Source: Candidatus Dormiibacterota bacterium (GTDB lineage Bacteria > Chloroflexota > Dormibacteria > Aeolococcales > Aeolococcaceae). Taken from it: 64,000 bases of DNA. This document shows positions 1 to 9,608 of this stretch, in pieces (the stretch's first letter is position 1; the number at the start of each line of letters is the position of its first letter). The notes beneath the pieces are model-generated. The model saw nothing but the letters and a program-made list of their open reading frames with translations, was not told the DNA's origin and ran no database searches. A program made the position numbers and the translations under genes. The DNA lies in NCBI GenBank assembly GCA_963718525.1, contig OY970355.1, positions 896,001 to 960,000 on the forward strand. Direction: 5' to 3'.

Positions 1-131
1 TCGTCGAACTCGCTGCGCTCGCGAACGTCGATGAGGGTGCGGGAACCCGCAGCGGCGCGAACCTGCTGCGGGGAAACCTCCGCGACGGTGCTGCGTGCGT
101 CGTCGAGGAGGTCGCGGGAAGACTTGGCCAT
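1..131 (-). CDS. Rhodanese-domain protein, N-terminal part (possibly rhodanese-MoeB fusion), truncated by window edge
   Basis: Manual translation MAKSSRDLLDDARSTVAEVSPQQVRAAAGSRTLIDVRERSEFD; LIDVRExxEF is the typical rhodanese N-terminal motif. Confidence 0.7.
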   Translation of the reverse strand, partial: MAKSSRDLLDDARSTVAEVSPQQVRAAAGSRTLIDVRERSEFD

Positions 132-186
132 GCAGCCAGTCTACCCAAAACCTGTCGAAACCTGACCTACCGGGTCCGGATTTGGT

Positions 187-522
187 TCAGGACTTCGGGG
201 GACGCCCGACCCGACGCGGTCCGGTGCCGCTGCGGGTCGTCTTCGTGGCAGCGCCGGCAGGCCGCGTCCGCGGCCTTCCGACCGGGCGCTTCACCGGCGC
301 AGTCGTCGCTTTCGGCGGTCTGCCAACGGGACGCTTCACCGGCGTGCTCGGGGCGGCCACGCGCGGAGCAGGTTCCGATGCCATGGCGGCGAGGATCGTC
401 CGCTCCGTCTCCTCGAGCCGCGCAGCCAGCGCCAGGACGCGTCGATGGGCCGCCCGTGTCGCGGTCAGCGCGTCGGCAAGCGAAACCGTCGCGCCGCCCC
501 GCTTCTGCTTCTTTCCAGCCAT
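187..522 (-). CDS. Small basic protein: predicted coiled coil plus three AT-hook-like GRP motifs (candidate nucleoid-associated protein)
   Basis: C-terminal 111 aa of ORF 187..1200 from ATG 522; motifs KRPVGRPPK, KRPVGRPRT, RRVGRPPKS. Confidence 0.7.
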   Translation of the reverse strand: MAGKKQKRGGATVSLADALTATRAAHRRVLALAARLEETERTILAAMASEPAPRVAAPSTPVKRPVGRPPKATTAPVKRPVGRPRTRPAGAATKTTRSGTGPRRVGRPPKS

Positions 523-553
523 GATCGGAGCGACCCTACCATAGACTGGGACG

Positions 554-2080
554 GTGCATCCGACGCGTGCGGCGCGCCCCCTTGCCGCTCTGCTCGGGGC
601 GACCGGGATCGAAGCCGCGCTCCAACCATCGGAGGCGGGGTCAGGGATCACCGCAATCACATCCAACTCCCGTGCGGTGACCCCGGGCAGCCTCTTCGTG
701 GCGATTCGGGGCAGGCGGTCCGACGGCCATGACTTCATCGCCGACGCTGCCAAACACGGAGCTGCGGCAGTCATCGCCGAGCGGTCCCCGGAGCCCTCGA
801 TCGCCCCACCGATACCGGTGGTCATCGTGAGCGACGCGAGGCTCGCTCTTGCCGGCCTGGCTGCCGCCTTCAACGACCACCCGAGCCGGCACCTGTGCGT
901 CGTGGGGATCACCGGCACCGACGGGAAGACCACCACGGCGACCCTGCTCTGGCACGCCTGGCGCGCGGCCGGCATCGCCGCCGCGTCGATGACCACCGTG
1001 GACCGCCGGACGGGCGGCGACGTCGCCGCCAACCCATCGCGGCAGACCACGCCAGAGGCACCGGAGTTGCAGTCCGAGCTCGCGCGCGTCCGCGAGGCCG
1101 GGTGCACGCACGTCGCTCTCGAAACCTCGTCGCACGCGCTCGAGATGCGGCGCACCGACGGCGTGGACTTCCGCGCGGCCGTCTTCACGCGGATCACCAC
1201 GGAACATCTCGAACTCCACGGCAGTCGCGACCGCTACCTGGCGGCCAAGGCACGCCTGCTCGAGCAGGTGTCGACGCGGCCGGATGGCATCGCCGTGCTC
1301 GATGCCGGCGACCCGTTCGGATTTCCGCACCTCGTCAGCATCCCCGTCGCCACCAGGCTGACGTACACGGACCTGCCCGATATCGCCGCGGATCTGCGCG
1401 CCGTGGACATCGTGGCCGAGCCTTCGGCGGTCCGCTTCGGCGCTCGCACGCCATGGGGGGATGCGGTGGTCCGCCTCCGCCTCGCGGGCAGCTTCAACGT
1501 CCGCAACGCCCTCGCAGCGCTCGCAGCAGCCTGTGCCACCGGGGCGGACCTTGAGCGCGCGGTGCGCGGTCTCGAGTCGGCGCAGGCGGTCATCGGTCGC
1601 ATGGAGCGCGTCGATCTCGGCCAGCCATTCGAGGTGGTGGTCGACTACGCCCACACCGGTGACGCGCTCGAAACGGTCCTTCACGAGCTGCGCCACACCA
1701 CCACGGGCCGGCTCTGGGCAGTGTTCGGTTCAGCGGGGGAACGCGACCTGGAGAAGCGGCCGGCGATGGGAGCGGTGGCGGCGCGGCTGGCCGACGTCAG
1801 CGTGATCACCGACGAGGATCCGCGTGGCGAAGACCGCGATCGCATCCTCGAGCAGATCGCCGCGGGAGCCGTCGCCGCCGGTGGGGTGCGGGGCGGGAAC
1901 GTCTTCGTGATCCCGGATCGCCAGGAGGCCATCGATTTCGCGGTTGCGAGTGCGGCCCCCGGGGACACCGTCCTGTGCGCGGGCAAGGGTCACGAGAAAA
2001 CTCTCGAGACCCTGAGCGGGGAGATCCCGTGGAATGAGCGCGACGTCGTCGTGGACGCGATCCGGCGGCGGATCAGCTGA
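554..2080 (+). CDS. murE: UDP-MurNAc-tripeptide synthetase MurE
   Basis: GITGTDGKTTT P-loop, TTPEA, ETSSH, GRME, VDYAHT, GERD, AGKGHE motifs. Confidence 0.95.
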   Translation: MHPTRAARPLAALLGATGIEAALQPSEAGSGITAITSNSRAVTPGSLFVAIRGRRSDGHDFIADAAKHGAAAVIAERSPEPSIAPPIPVVIVSDARLALAGLAAAFNDHPSRHLCVVGITGTDGKTTTATLLWHAWRAAGIAAASMTTVDRRTGGDVAANPSRQTTPEAPELQSELARVREAGCTHVALETSSHALEMRRTDGVDFRAAVFTRITTEHLELHGSRDRYLAAKARLLEQVSTRPDGIAVLDAGDPFGFPHLVSIPVATRLTYTDLPDIAADLRAVDIVAEPSAVRFGARTPWGDAVVRLRLAGSFNVRNALAALAAACATGADLERAVRGLESAQAVIGRMERVDLGQPFEVVVDYAHTGDALETVLHELRHTTTGRLWAVFGSAGERDLEKRPAMGAVAARLADVSVITDEDPRGEDRDRILEQIAAGAVAAGGVRGGNVFVIPDRQEAIDFAVASAAPGDTVLCAGKGHEKTLETLSGEIPWNERDVVVDAIRRRIS

Positions 2081-2720
2081 TCGGGTGGCGGCTCGGGGTC
2101 CCGGGCCTCCTCGGGTACCCAGCCGGGGTCGGCGCCACTTTCCGCACGATCAGCACGCCCTGGGCTGGTGCGGCTGGAGCGCCCCCGCCGCAGGCCGAGG
2201 CCGCGCTGGCGCAGGCGTGACGTGCGGCCGGTGCATCGGCCACCAACGCGGCGAGCGTGCCGCCGACGCTCAGCAAGGGCAGGGCGAGCTCGCAGAGCAC
2301 CGGTAGTGGTGCCGTCGCCCGCGACGTTGCGAAGTCGAATTGCTCGCGCAGGTCCGCACGGTGCCCGGCGTCCTCAGCGCGAATCGCCTCAACTCGCACC
2401 CGCGAGAGTCCCAGCAGACCGGCGACGTGGATGAGGAAGGCGCTCTTGCGCCGGTCGGAGTCGATGAGGGTGACCGACAGGTCGGGCCTGAGCACCGCGA
2501 TGACAATCCCCGGCACGCCACCACCGGACCCGATGTCGACGGCCCTGCAGCCATGCGGCGGAGCGATCACGTCGAGGAGCGCCTCAACCTCGGCGACGTT
2601 GCGTGCCCACATCTGCTCGCGCCTGATCGAGGTGAGGTTGAGACGCGCCGACCAGCGCTCGAGCTCATCGAGATATGCGTCGAGAGTCGCGTTCACGTCG
2701 CCGGTACGAAGCGATCCCAT
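2073..2720 (-). CDS. rsmG: 16S rRNA m7G527 methyltransferase RsmG (GidB)
   Basis: NLTSI, DIGSGGGVPG, RAED, SRA and YPRRPG motifs; start set at ATG 2720. Confidence 0.9.
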   Translation of the reverse strand: MGSLRTGDVNATLDAYLDELERWSARLNLTSIRREQMWARNVAEVEALLDVIAPPHGCRAVDIGSGGGVPGIVIAVLRPDLSVTLIDSDRRKSAFLIHVAGLLGLSRVRVEAIRAEDAGHRADLREQFDFATSRATAPLPVLCELALPLLSVGGTLAALVADAPAARHACASAASACGGGAPAAPAQGVLIVRKVAPTPAGYPRRPGTPSRHPIS

Positions 2721-2820
2721 GGCGCCGAGCGTAGCGCCCGTCCGCAACCGTGCCGGGTCGGTGACGGTGGCTCGATTGGTCCCCCCACCTGCCTCCTCCG
2801 TGCGATCATGCAGTGGAGCG

Positions 2821-3015
2821 ATGGACACGAACCCGGAAACGTCCGACCGGTGCCCCGTATGCAAGGGGGAGATGCTCTCGGTGCTGTACTACGGCGCTGA
2901 GGGCGAGTCCGTCGGCGGCCACCGGATCTGCCCGGGCTGCGGTCCGCGATCGGTGGTCGAGATCGGCGCTGCCGACGAGGTCCGCCGCCGGCTCCTGGAG
3001 CGCAAGGCCTCCTAG
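2821..3015 (+). CDS. Small zinc-ribbon protein (CPVC...CPGC), 64 aa
   Basis: Tail of ORF 2257..3015 from ATG 2821 with GGAG upstream; two CxxC pairs. Confidence 0.65.
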   Translation: MDTNPETSDRCPVCKGEMLSVLYYGAEGESVGGHRICPGCGPRSVVEIGAADEVRRRLLERKAS

Positions 3016-3081
3016 CTCACCGGGCGCTGAGCAGGTGCCCGCGGAAACGGCGACCCAATCGGATGTTCTGCGCGCGGCCGT

Positions 3082-3118
3082 GTGACGTCGCGGTGACGGC
3101 CGGTGACGGCGCGATGAC
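3082..3118. promoter_or_regulatory. Four helically phased (G/A)TGAC direct repeats; candidate OmpR/PhoB-family operator
   Basis: Repeats start at 3082, 3093, 3103 and 3114 (spacing 11/10/11), upstream of a peptidoglycan hydrolase gene. Confidence 0.4.
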
Positions 3119-3159
3119 ATGGGGAGATCGGCGAGGCACCCGATGGGAGACTGGCCGCG

Positions 3160-4353
3160 ATGCGTCACCTCCGGTTTCCGTTCGCCCATCACCGTGTTGT
3201 GCTGGCGCTGCCGTTCGCGCTGATGCTGACGCTGATCGCCATGCCGGCGGCGGCAGGGCCGACGCCAGGGGTGACCGCGGCGCAATCCGCGGCGGCCGCA
3301 GCGGCCAAGGACGCCCAGAACGCGAAGGCTGCCGCCAACAACGCTGACACGGCGCTCGCGCTCGCGCGCAGCGCGCTCGCGGCGGCGAACGCACACCTTG
3401 CGCTCATCAACACCCAGATCAGCGCGCTCAACACCACGATCGCAGCGGACACCGCGACTCTGCGCACGGTCAATACGCAACTCACCGCGGATCGCGGTCA
3501 CCTCTCCGCGTATCTGCGCCAGTCGTACGAGAGCGGTGGCTCACAGGCATTGATCGCCTACATCATCTCGGCGAACACCATCGCAGCGGCGATTCAGCGA
3601 GATGTGCAGGTCAACGAAATCTCTTCGGCCAGCCAGCAGCTGGTCGGTCGCATCGCGGCCGAGGAGCAGAAAGCGAACGCAACGCTGGCACAGCACACCG
3701 CCGACCTTGCGCAACTCGCCGCAGAGGAAGAGCAGGCGCGCACCGAGGAAGCGATCATCAAGGTGCAGACGCAGACGCTCCTGGCGGCGGACATCACCGC
3801 ACACGCACACGTTTCCCAGGCGCAGAAGGCGCTTGCCGCCGCTGTCGCCGCCCTTGCCGCGGCGCGCGCTCGAGATGCGATCTACCAGGCGGTCCCCGGG
3901 CCGCTCTTCACCGTCGACACCAACCTCACCCTGCCCAGCGGTGAGACTGCTGCAAGCCTCGATCAGTTCCTGGCCGGCTCAGCGCTTGCCGGACTCGGCG
4001 GGAGCTTCATGCAGGCGGAGTCCACGTACCACGTCAGCGCGCGCTATTTCGTCGCCCACGCGATCCTCGAATCGGGCTGGGGCACGAGCGCCATCGCGCA
4101 GTTCAAGCACAATCTCTTCGGTTTCGGCGCCGACGACGCGAACCCCTACGGGGACGCAATGACGTTCACGAGCTTCGACGCGTGCATCCAGTACGTCGCG
4201 CAATTCATCGCAACCAACTACCTGACCGTCGGCGGGCAGTTCTATCACGGTCCGACTCTGCGCGGCATGAACGTTGACTACGCGAGCGACCCCAATTGGG
4301 CCGAGAAGATCGCGAGCATCGCCGACACGATTCCTCCGCTCGCCGTCCCCTGA
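3160..4353 (+). CDS. Secreted peptidoglycan hydrolase: signal peptide, PcsB/CwlO-like coiled coil, C-terminal glucosaminidase (GH73) domain
   Basis: AHAILESGWGTS, NLFGFGA and YASDPNW motifs; long Ala/Gln coiled coil. Confidence 0.88.
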   Translation: MRHLRFPFAHHRVVLALPFALMLTLIAMPAAAGPTPGVTAAQSAAAAAAKDAQNAKAAANNADTALALARSALAAANAHLALINTQISALNTTIAADTATLRTVNTQLTADRGHLSAYLRQSYESGGSQALIAYIISANTIAAAIQRDVQVNEISSASQQLVGRIAAEEQKANATLAQHTADLAQLAAEEEQARTEEAIIKVQTQTLLAADITAHAHVSQAQKALAAAVAALAAARARDAIYQAVPGPLFTVDTNLTLPSGETAASLDQFLAGSALAGLGGSFMQAESTYHVSARYFVAHAILESGWGTSAIAQFKHNLFGFGADDANPYGDAMTFTSFDACIQYVAQFIATNYLTVGGQFYHGPTLRGMNVDYASDPNWAEKIASIADTIPPLAVP

Positions 4354-4365
4354 CCTTCGGGTCGG

Positions 4366-4719
4366 TTACTTCGAACCGCGACGCCGGCCGGCCTTGAGAA
4401 CGCGCACCTCGTCGGCGAGCAACTCGCTGTCGACCTCTCGCTGTGAGTCGTCGTCGAGCTCCCCACTGACCGCCCATGTGAACTTCACATTGGACGGCTG
4501 CCCGCGATCGAACTTGACATTCCAGACCTCACCCACCGCGAGTGGCAGCTCGGCGCGCGGGACACGCAGCGACACTTCGACGGCCTTCGGTTCCATCCCC
4601 GGCGCATGCAGCATCACCTGGGCGCTCACGTGTGATGACAGACGGAGTCCGTGATCGGTCTCGACAAAGCTCACGAGCGTCGCCGTCCCCTCCACGGGCT
4701 CCTTCATCCGTCCGAACAT
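4366..4719 (-). CDS. Hypothetical protein (beta-rich)
   Basis: ORF 4366..4749, likely ATG 4719 with AGGAG upstream; fills the gap between neighbouring genes. Confidence 0.6.
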   Translation of the reverse strand: MFGRMKEPVEGTATLVSFVETDHGLRLSSHVSAQVMLHAPGMEPKAVEVSLRVPRAELPLAVGEVWNVKFDRGQPSNVKFTWAVSGELDDDSQREVDSELLADEVRVLKAGRRRGSK

Positions 4720-4798
4720 CTCTGCCCAACTCCTGAGGATTGACGACACCGCCAGTGTGATGCATTGGGCTGCCCATTTCAGCGGCTACGCTGGCCTG

Positions 4799-6502
4799 AT
4801 GCACCATCCGATCGGCGCGCACGCACTGCTCGCGGACTCGAGGACCGCAGCACTCGTCGACCCCGCAGGCAACGTGGCGTGGCTGTGCTGGCCGTGGATC
4901 GACTCGACGCCGCTGTTCTTCTCGATCCTTGACGACGTTCGAGGCGGCGCATTTTCCCTGCGGCCTGAGCAAGCCGACGCGCGTGTGATCTCCCGCCGCT
5001 ATCACCCCCGATCGCTCGTCCTCGAGACGGTATGGCAGGTCGGTGCGGCGCGGCTGACCGTCGACGATGCGCTCGAGCTTGGCGACGGTCCGCGGCTGGT
5101 TCGCAGCATGCGGATTGAGGGCGACGCAGTCGATGTGGTCGTCGAGGTCCATCCGCCGGCGTGGCCTGGGATCGTTGCATCGCTGCGCGTCGCTGACGAC
5201 TCGCTCGAGCTTGACGGAGCCAGCCATGTGGTCGTTCACGGGGCGTCGGGGTGGGCGGCGAGCGCGGACGGTGCCGTCAGCAGGTTGCATGTTCGCCCCG
5301 GATCGGCGGCGACGGTCACACTCGGCGCGGCAGGGGCCGTGCGGCGCGCATTCTCGTTCGACACGACGATCGCTTGCTGGCAGCGAACCATCCCGGCGAT
5401 GAACGCCCAGGGCGGAGCCCACATCGCTGGCGGGCTCCTCGAGACGACGGCGGCAGTGCTCATCGGTCTGCGCCGGACTGGCGGCGGCATCGTCGCCGCC
5501 CCGACCACCTCGCTGCCGCAGTGGCCCGGGTCGGGACGGACCTGGGACTACCGATACTGCTGGCTGCGCGACTCCTCAGTCGCCGCGCTGGCTCTGCTCC
5601 GGCTCGGCCTTGTGGACTCGGCAGCGTCGCTGGGGTCATTCATCGGTTCGGTGGTCATGAGCTCAGGACCGGTTCCGCTGGTCAGGGTTGACGGAAGCGC
5701 GCCGCCGGAGGAGATGGAGATCCCGCAACTCACCGGCTACGGCGGTGCTCGTCCGGTGCGGATCGGCAACGCTGCGGCGGGCCAGGCGCAACTCGACGTC
5801 CCCGGCGAGGTGATCGAGCTCGCCACGGCGCTCACCCGGGTGTCCGCGCTTCCCCACGAACTCGCGGCGGCCGTGCCGATTCTGGCCGGCTGGCTCGTGG
5901 AGCACTGGCGCGAGCCCGACCACGGGATCTGGGAGATCCGGGGTGCTCCAGGGCGATACACCCACTCCCTGGTGACCGCTCTCAGCGGACTGCATGGTGC
6001 CGCCGCGCTCGTCGATCAGCGCGTGGCCTCCGGCGACGCCGAAGCATGGCGGCACGCTGCGGCAGCCATCGAGGCCGACCTTGATGGGTCAGGCGGGCCG
6101 ATGCAGCTCCGCCTCGACGGCGGGGGCGCCGACGCAGCGCTTGCCCAGGCCGTACTTCTCGGCGGGCTCGACACCCTCGCCGGACGCGCCGCCCCCACCC
6201 TCGACCTGATCGTCCAGCAGCTCGACCGCGGCGGCCTTGTCGATCGCCATGAGCGGGACGTGGACCCAATCGCCGATCCGTGCGCGCCGTTCGTCTTCCC
6301 CACGTTCTGGCTCGCCGGAGCGCTCGTTGCAATCGGGCGCGACGGTTCGCGCTGGCGCGACGCGGCACTGTCAACCCGGGGACCGCTCGGGCTCTTCGGC
6401 GAGGTCGCCGATCCAGCCGATCATTCCCCGCTCGGCAACTACCCGCAGGTGCAGAGTCACGCTGCATTCGTCCTCGCCGTGGTGCCGGAGAAGCCCTTCT
6501 AG
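4799..6502 (+). CDS. Glycoside hydrolase family 15 (trehalase/glucoamylase-like)
   Basis: AAPTTSLP, WDYRYCWLRD, DHGIWEIRG and LGNYPQ motifs. Confidence 0.92.
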   Translation: MHHPIGAHALLADSRTAALVDPAGNVAWLCWPWIDSTPLFFSILDDVRGGAFSLRPEQADARVISRRYHPRSLVLETVWQVGAARLTVDDALELGDGPRLVRSMRIEGDAVDVVVEVHPPAWPGIVASLRVADDSLELDGASHVVVHGASGWAASADGAVSRLHVRPGSAATVTLGAAGAVRRAFSFDTTIACWQRTIPAMNAQGGAHIAGGLLETTAAVLIGLRRTGGGIVAAPTTSLPQWPGSGRTWDYRYCWLRDSSVAALALLRLGLVDSAASLGSFIGSVVMSSGPVPLVRVDGSAPPEEMEIPQLTGYGGARPVRIGNAAAGQAQLDVPGEVIELATALTRVSALPHELAAAVPILAGWLVEHWREPDHGIWEIRGAPGRYTHSLVTALSGLHGAAALVDQRVASGDAEAWRHAAAAIEADLDGSGGPMQLRLDGGGADAALAQAVLLGGLDTLAGRAAPTLDLIVQQLDRGGLVDRHERDVDPIADPCAPFVFPTFWLAGALVAIGRDGSRWRDAALSTRGPLGLFGEVADPADHSPLGNYPQVQSHAAFVLAVVPEKPF

Positions 6503-6509
6503 GTCTCAC

Positions 6510-7163
6510 TCACGAGCATGAGGCGGGATCCGGCGCGACGCCGGGATCGTGCACGCCGACAGCGACTCCGCCCGGCAGCACCGCGATGCACTCGATATCG
6601 GTTCTCAGGGCGCTGAGTTTGGGCGCGATCGCGAAGAGCCGGTCCAGCGACAGGGCCGCGTCGATCTGCGAGGCAAGCCCGGAGCCCACGAACCCGGGGA
6701 GGCCCAGCATCCCGATGTCGACCTCCGGGACCTGCGCAGCGATCGCCGGCCCGGTCGGACCCGGCTGCAGGGAGACACTGATGTGAGCAACGGCCGTCGC
6801 ATTGAACGGTCCGGCCGAGACCTGCGCCGAGACCACCAGCAGGCCCCCGCGAACGCGTACCTGAACGTCACGGAAGGCATCAGGGTGCGGGTTGTTGGCG
6901 ACGGCGAGCACCGTCAGGTCGCGCTCGCTGAGCACCACGACGCCGTGCGTCCCCTGGATGAGCTGCGCCGCCATCTCCTCGCCGAGGGCGAGCGCGATCG
7001 CCTCCTCGGTGGAGCCGTGAGACGGCCCCGCAGGCAGCCGGCCAAGGTCCGGCGCGGCCAGCGCTCGATCGGCGAGAAACGCCATCGCGCCGATGGCGAA
7101 CAGGAGGGCGAGCAGCCCGATGCAGCATCCGCGCACGATGCCGCGCTGGTCAGGGGGGGTCAC
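6510..7163 (-). CDS. Membrane-anchored hypothetical protein
   Basis: N-terminal hydrophobic helix; follows the acylase gene by 3 bp. Confidence 0.7.
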   Translation of the reverse strand: MTPPDQRGIVRGCCIGLLALLFAIGAMAFLADRALAAPDLGRLPAGPSHGSTEEAIALALGEEMAAQLIQGTHGVVVLSERDLTVLAVANNPHPDAFRDVQVRVRGGLLVVSAQVSAGPFNATAVAHISVSLQPGPTGPAIAAQVPEVDIGMLGLPGFVGSGLASQIDAALSLDRLFAIAPKLSALRTDIECIAVLPGGVAVGVHDPGVAPDPASCS

Positions 7164-7166
7164 GCC

Positions 7167-9608
7167 CTATGTTCGACCTCCGGGCTCGGCCGCGTGCGCT
7201 GCCGGCACCGGGTGGAGGGTCAGCCGCGTTCTCGCGTGTCGGCGCACCTCCTGCGCGCTCCAGTACAGCGGGAACTGCCGGTTCGTGCGCCAGCGGCGTG
7301 AGAGATCCCGGTAGTGGCGGGAGCCCGGCTGTCCTGACTGCCCGGGGACGTGGATGCCCCCGCTCGCGTCCCATTTGCCGACGTCCAGGACCTGACGCCA
7401 GGATGGCGCCGAGAGACGGGTCTCGAACGGCTCACCCGGCACTTGCGATGTGGCCAGAACCGTATCGGTGTTGCCGCCAACTTTGATCGAGGGTGCGTTG
7501 AAGAACCAGGCGAGCCCCCGCCGTCGCCCGAACGCATGAATGAGCTCGAGCCTATGGACGCGTCCCCAGACCCAGCGACGTGAGCGCCGTCCGTAGCGGC
7601 CTCGGAGGTCGTTGGTGGCGTCGTCGAGCGACTTCGATACAACCTCGGCCCAGGTGGTCAGGCCCTCGAACAACGCGTCGTCTCCAAGTTCCCAGCGCTC
7701 GATCAGCGACGGCGTGAGACGGCCGATGATATTGCCCGGGTACTGAAAGACCGGGTGGGACAGGTCGACGCCTGCGAGGATCCGCCAGGCGTTGCCGCAC
7801 ACAGGGCTCAGCGAATGCTCCGCAAGGCGGGCCATGAACGCCTCGTAGATGGTCGGCTCGACACGATGCGGATCCATGACCGCGTCCCACTGCGCCAGGC
7901 GCTGGCGCGTCGCTTCCGCCGACGGATTCGCGCAGCGCATGGAAGCGAGCAGCCGGACCACCTGACGCGCCGGTGGGCACACGAGGTCCATCTGCGCCCG
8001 GGCCATATACGGGAGGTCGACCACTCGTTCGGAGAGCAGCTCGCCGATGCGCAGGGCGCGGTATCCCGACATGTAGTCGGTGCCGATGTAGAAGGGGAAG
8101 CCGTCGCCGGCAATCCGGTTGTTGGCGGTGATGATCTGATGCTCGGGAGGATCGAAGAGCTGGGGAATCTCGTCCGGGGTGAGATACCTGGTCCAGACGG
8201 CGCTCCCCGTCCAGCCCTGGATCGGAAGACCGCTCGGCTTCGCCTTGCGGACCGGGATCCGCCCGGACAGCAGGTACCCGATGTGGCCGTCGACGTCCGC
8301 GTACACGACGTTCTGGGAGGGCGCATCCAAGGACGCGAAGGCCTCTTTGAAGCTCCTCCAGTCTCCCGCGCGCTGCAGCCGGAGGAGTCCCTCAGCAGTG
8401 CCTCCCGGCTGCAGCGCGGTCCACTGCAGCGCGAGCCCCCGCCAGATGGAACGCTCCGGGTCCTCGATCCTTTCGACGACCGGTCCGTGACGGGTGACCA
8501 CCACCTCCTCGAGCACGTCGGACGCGTCCCTGACGTGGATGATCTCGCGCAGCCGACGGGTGGGCTCGAATCCCCGCTCCGTGCGGAATCGATCGGCGGC
8601 CGGGGAGTCGAACTCCTCGATGACCAGGTCCTGGCAGTCTGCGAAGGAATTGGTGAAACCCCAGGCGACACGCTTGTTGTGGCCGATGATCACGAACGGC
8701 ACCCCGGGCATGGTCACTCCGGTGGACTCGAAGTCCTCGCCGGCGTGAACATGCGCCGCGTACCAGATCGACGGCATTCCCGGGACCAGGTGCGGATCGT
8801 TGCAGAGAATCGGCCGCCCCGTCGTCGTCCGCTCGCCGGAGACGACCCAGGAGTTGCTCATGCCCCCGGCGGTGGGGATCCACCGCGCCGCCTCACGGAA
8901 CATCGTCAGCAGCTGCGTGCGGGTGTCGCTCCCGCCGGCCGCGCGGACCGTGCTCGCGAGGACGGTGGGATTCGCGTCGGGGTACACGATGTCGAGCCGG
9001 GCGGCGTGCTCCGGTCCGATCGCGCGCAGGAGTTCCAGCCGCTGCAGCTCGGTGTCCCAGTTCATGCTCAAGCCCAGCGCCAGCAGCTTGAACGCCGCGA
9101 GGCTGTGCATCGGCTCCCACGGCTCCGCCGTCACCCCGAGCAACCGGTACTCGAGCGGGAGCGGCCGTCCGGACTGGGCGATGGCGTTGACACCGGCCGA
9201 ATACGCCTTGAGCATCCGGCGCGCTTCGGGGGCCAGGCGGAGCTCCTCCTCGCGAGCAACCCGATGCAAGCCGACTCGGCGGATGAATCGATCGATGTTC
9301 ACCCCGTCCGATCCGATCAGCTCGCTGATCCGCCCGGTCGCGACCCGCCGGGTCACCTCCATCTGCCAGAGGCGATCCTGGGCGTGAACCACACCCAGCG
9401 CGAAGGCGGCATCCTCCATGCAGACGGCGTTGACGTGGGGTATGCCCCAGCGATCGCGGCCCACGGTCACGTCCGCCGTGAGGCCTCCGACGTCGAGCCT
9501 CCCTCGCACCTTGGGCAGGGACACGCCGAAGGTGCGATGGCGCGCGACCAGTAGAGCGGTGCAGAGGACGACCAGCAGGGCCGCCACGACGATGATGGCG
9601 ATGATCAT
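7167..9608 (-). CDS. Penicillin acylase family Ntn-hydrolase (S45)
   Basis: RDRWGIPH, HAQDRLWQM, SNSWVV nucleophile, NDPHL and GQSG motifs; N-terminal membrane anchor. Confidence 0.93.
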   Translation of the reverse strand: MIIAIIVVAALLVVLCTALLVARHRTFGVSLPKVRGRLDVGGLTADVTVGRDRWGIPHVNAVCMEDAAFALGVVHAQDRLWQMEVTRRVATGRISELIGSDGVNIDRFIRRVGLHRVAREEELRLAPEARRMLKAYSAGVNAIAQSGRPLPLEYRLLGVTAEPWEPMHSLAAFKLLALGLSMNWDTELQRLELLRAIGPEHAARLDIVYPDANPTVLASTVRAAGGSDTRTQLLTMFREAARWIPTAGGMSNSWVVSGERTTTGRPILCNDPHLVPGMPSIWYAAHVHAGEDFESTGVTMPGVPFVIIGHNKRVAWGFTNSFADCQDLVIEEFDSPAADRFRTERGFEPTRRLREIIHVRDASDVLEEVVVTRHGPVVERIEDPERSIWRGLALQWTALQPGGTAEGLLRLQRAGDWRSFKEAFASLDAPSQNVVYADVDGHIGYLLSGRIPVRKAKPSGLPIQGWTGSAVWTRYLTPDEIPQLFDPPEHQIITANNRIAGDGFPFYIGTDYMSGYRALRIGELLSERVVDLPYMARAQMDLVCPPARQVVRLLASMRCANPSAEATRQRLAQWDAVMDPHRVEPTIYEAFMARLAEHSLSPVCGNAWRILAGVDLSHPVFQYPGNIIGRLTPSLIERWELGDDALFEGLTTWAEVVSKSLDDATNDLRGRYGRRSRRWVWGRVHRLELIHAFGRRRGLAWFFNAPSIKVGGNTDTVLATSQVPGEPFETRLSAPSWRQVLDVGKWDASGGIHVPGQSGQPGSRHYRDLSRRWRTNRQFPLYWSAQEVRRHARTRLTLHPVPAAHAAEPGGRT

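Noticed and set aside
3016-3159. c-di-AMP (ydaO) riboswitch upstream of the peptidoglycan hydrolase
   Set aside because: The conserved ydaO sequence elements were not recognisable.
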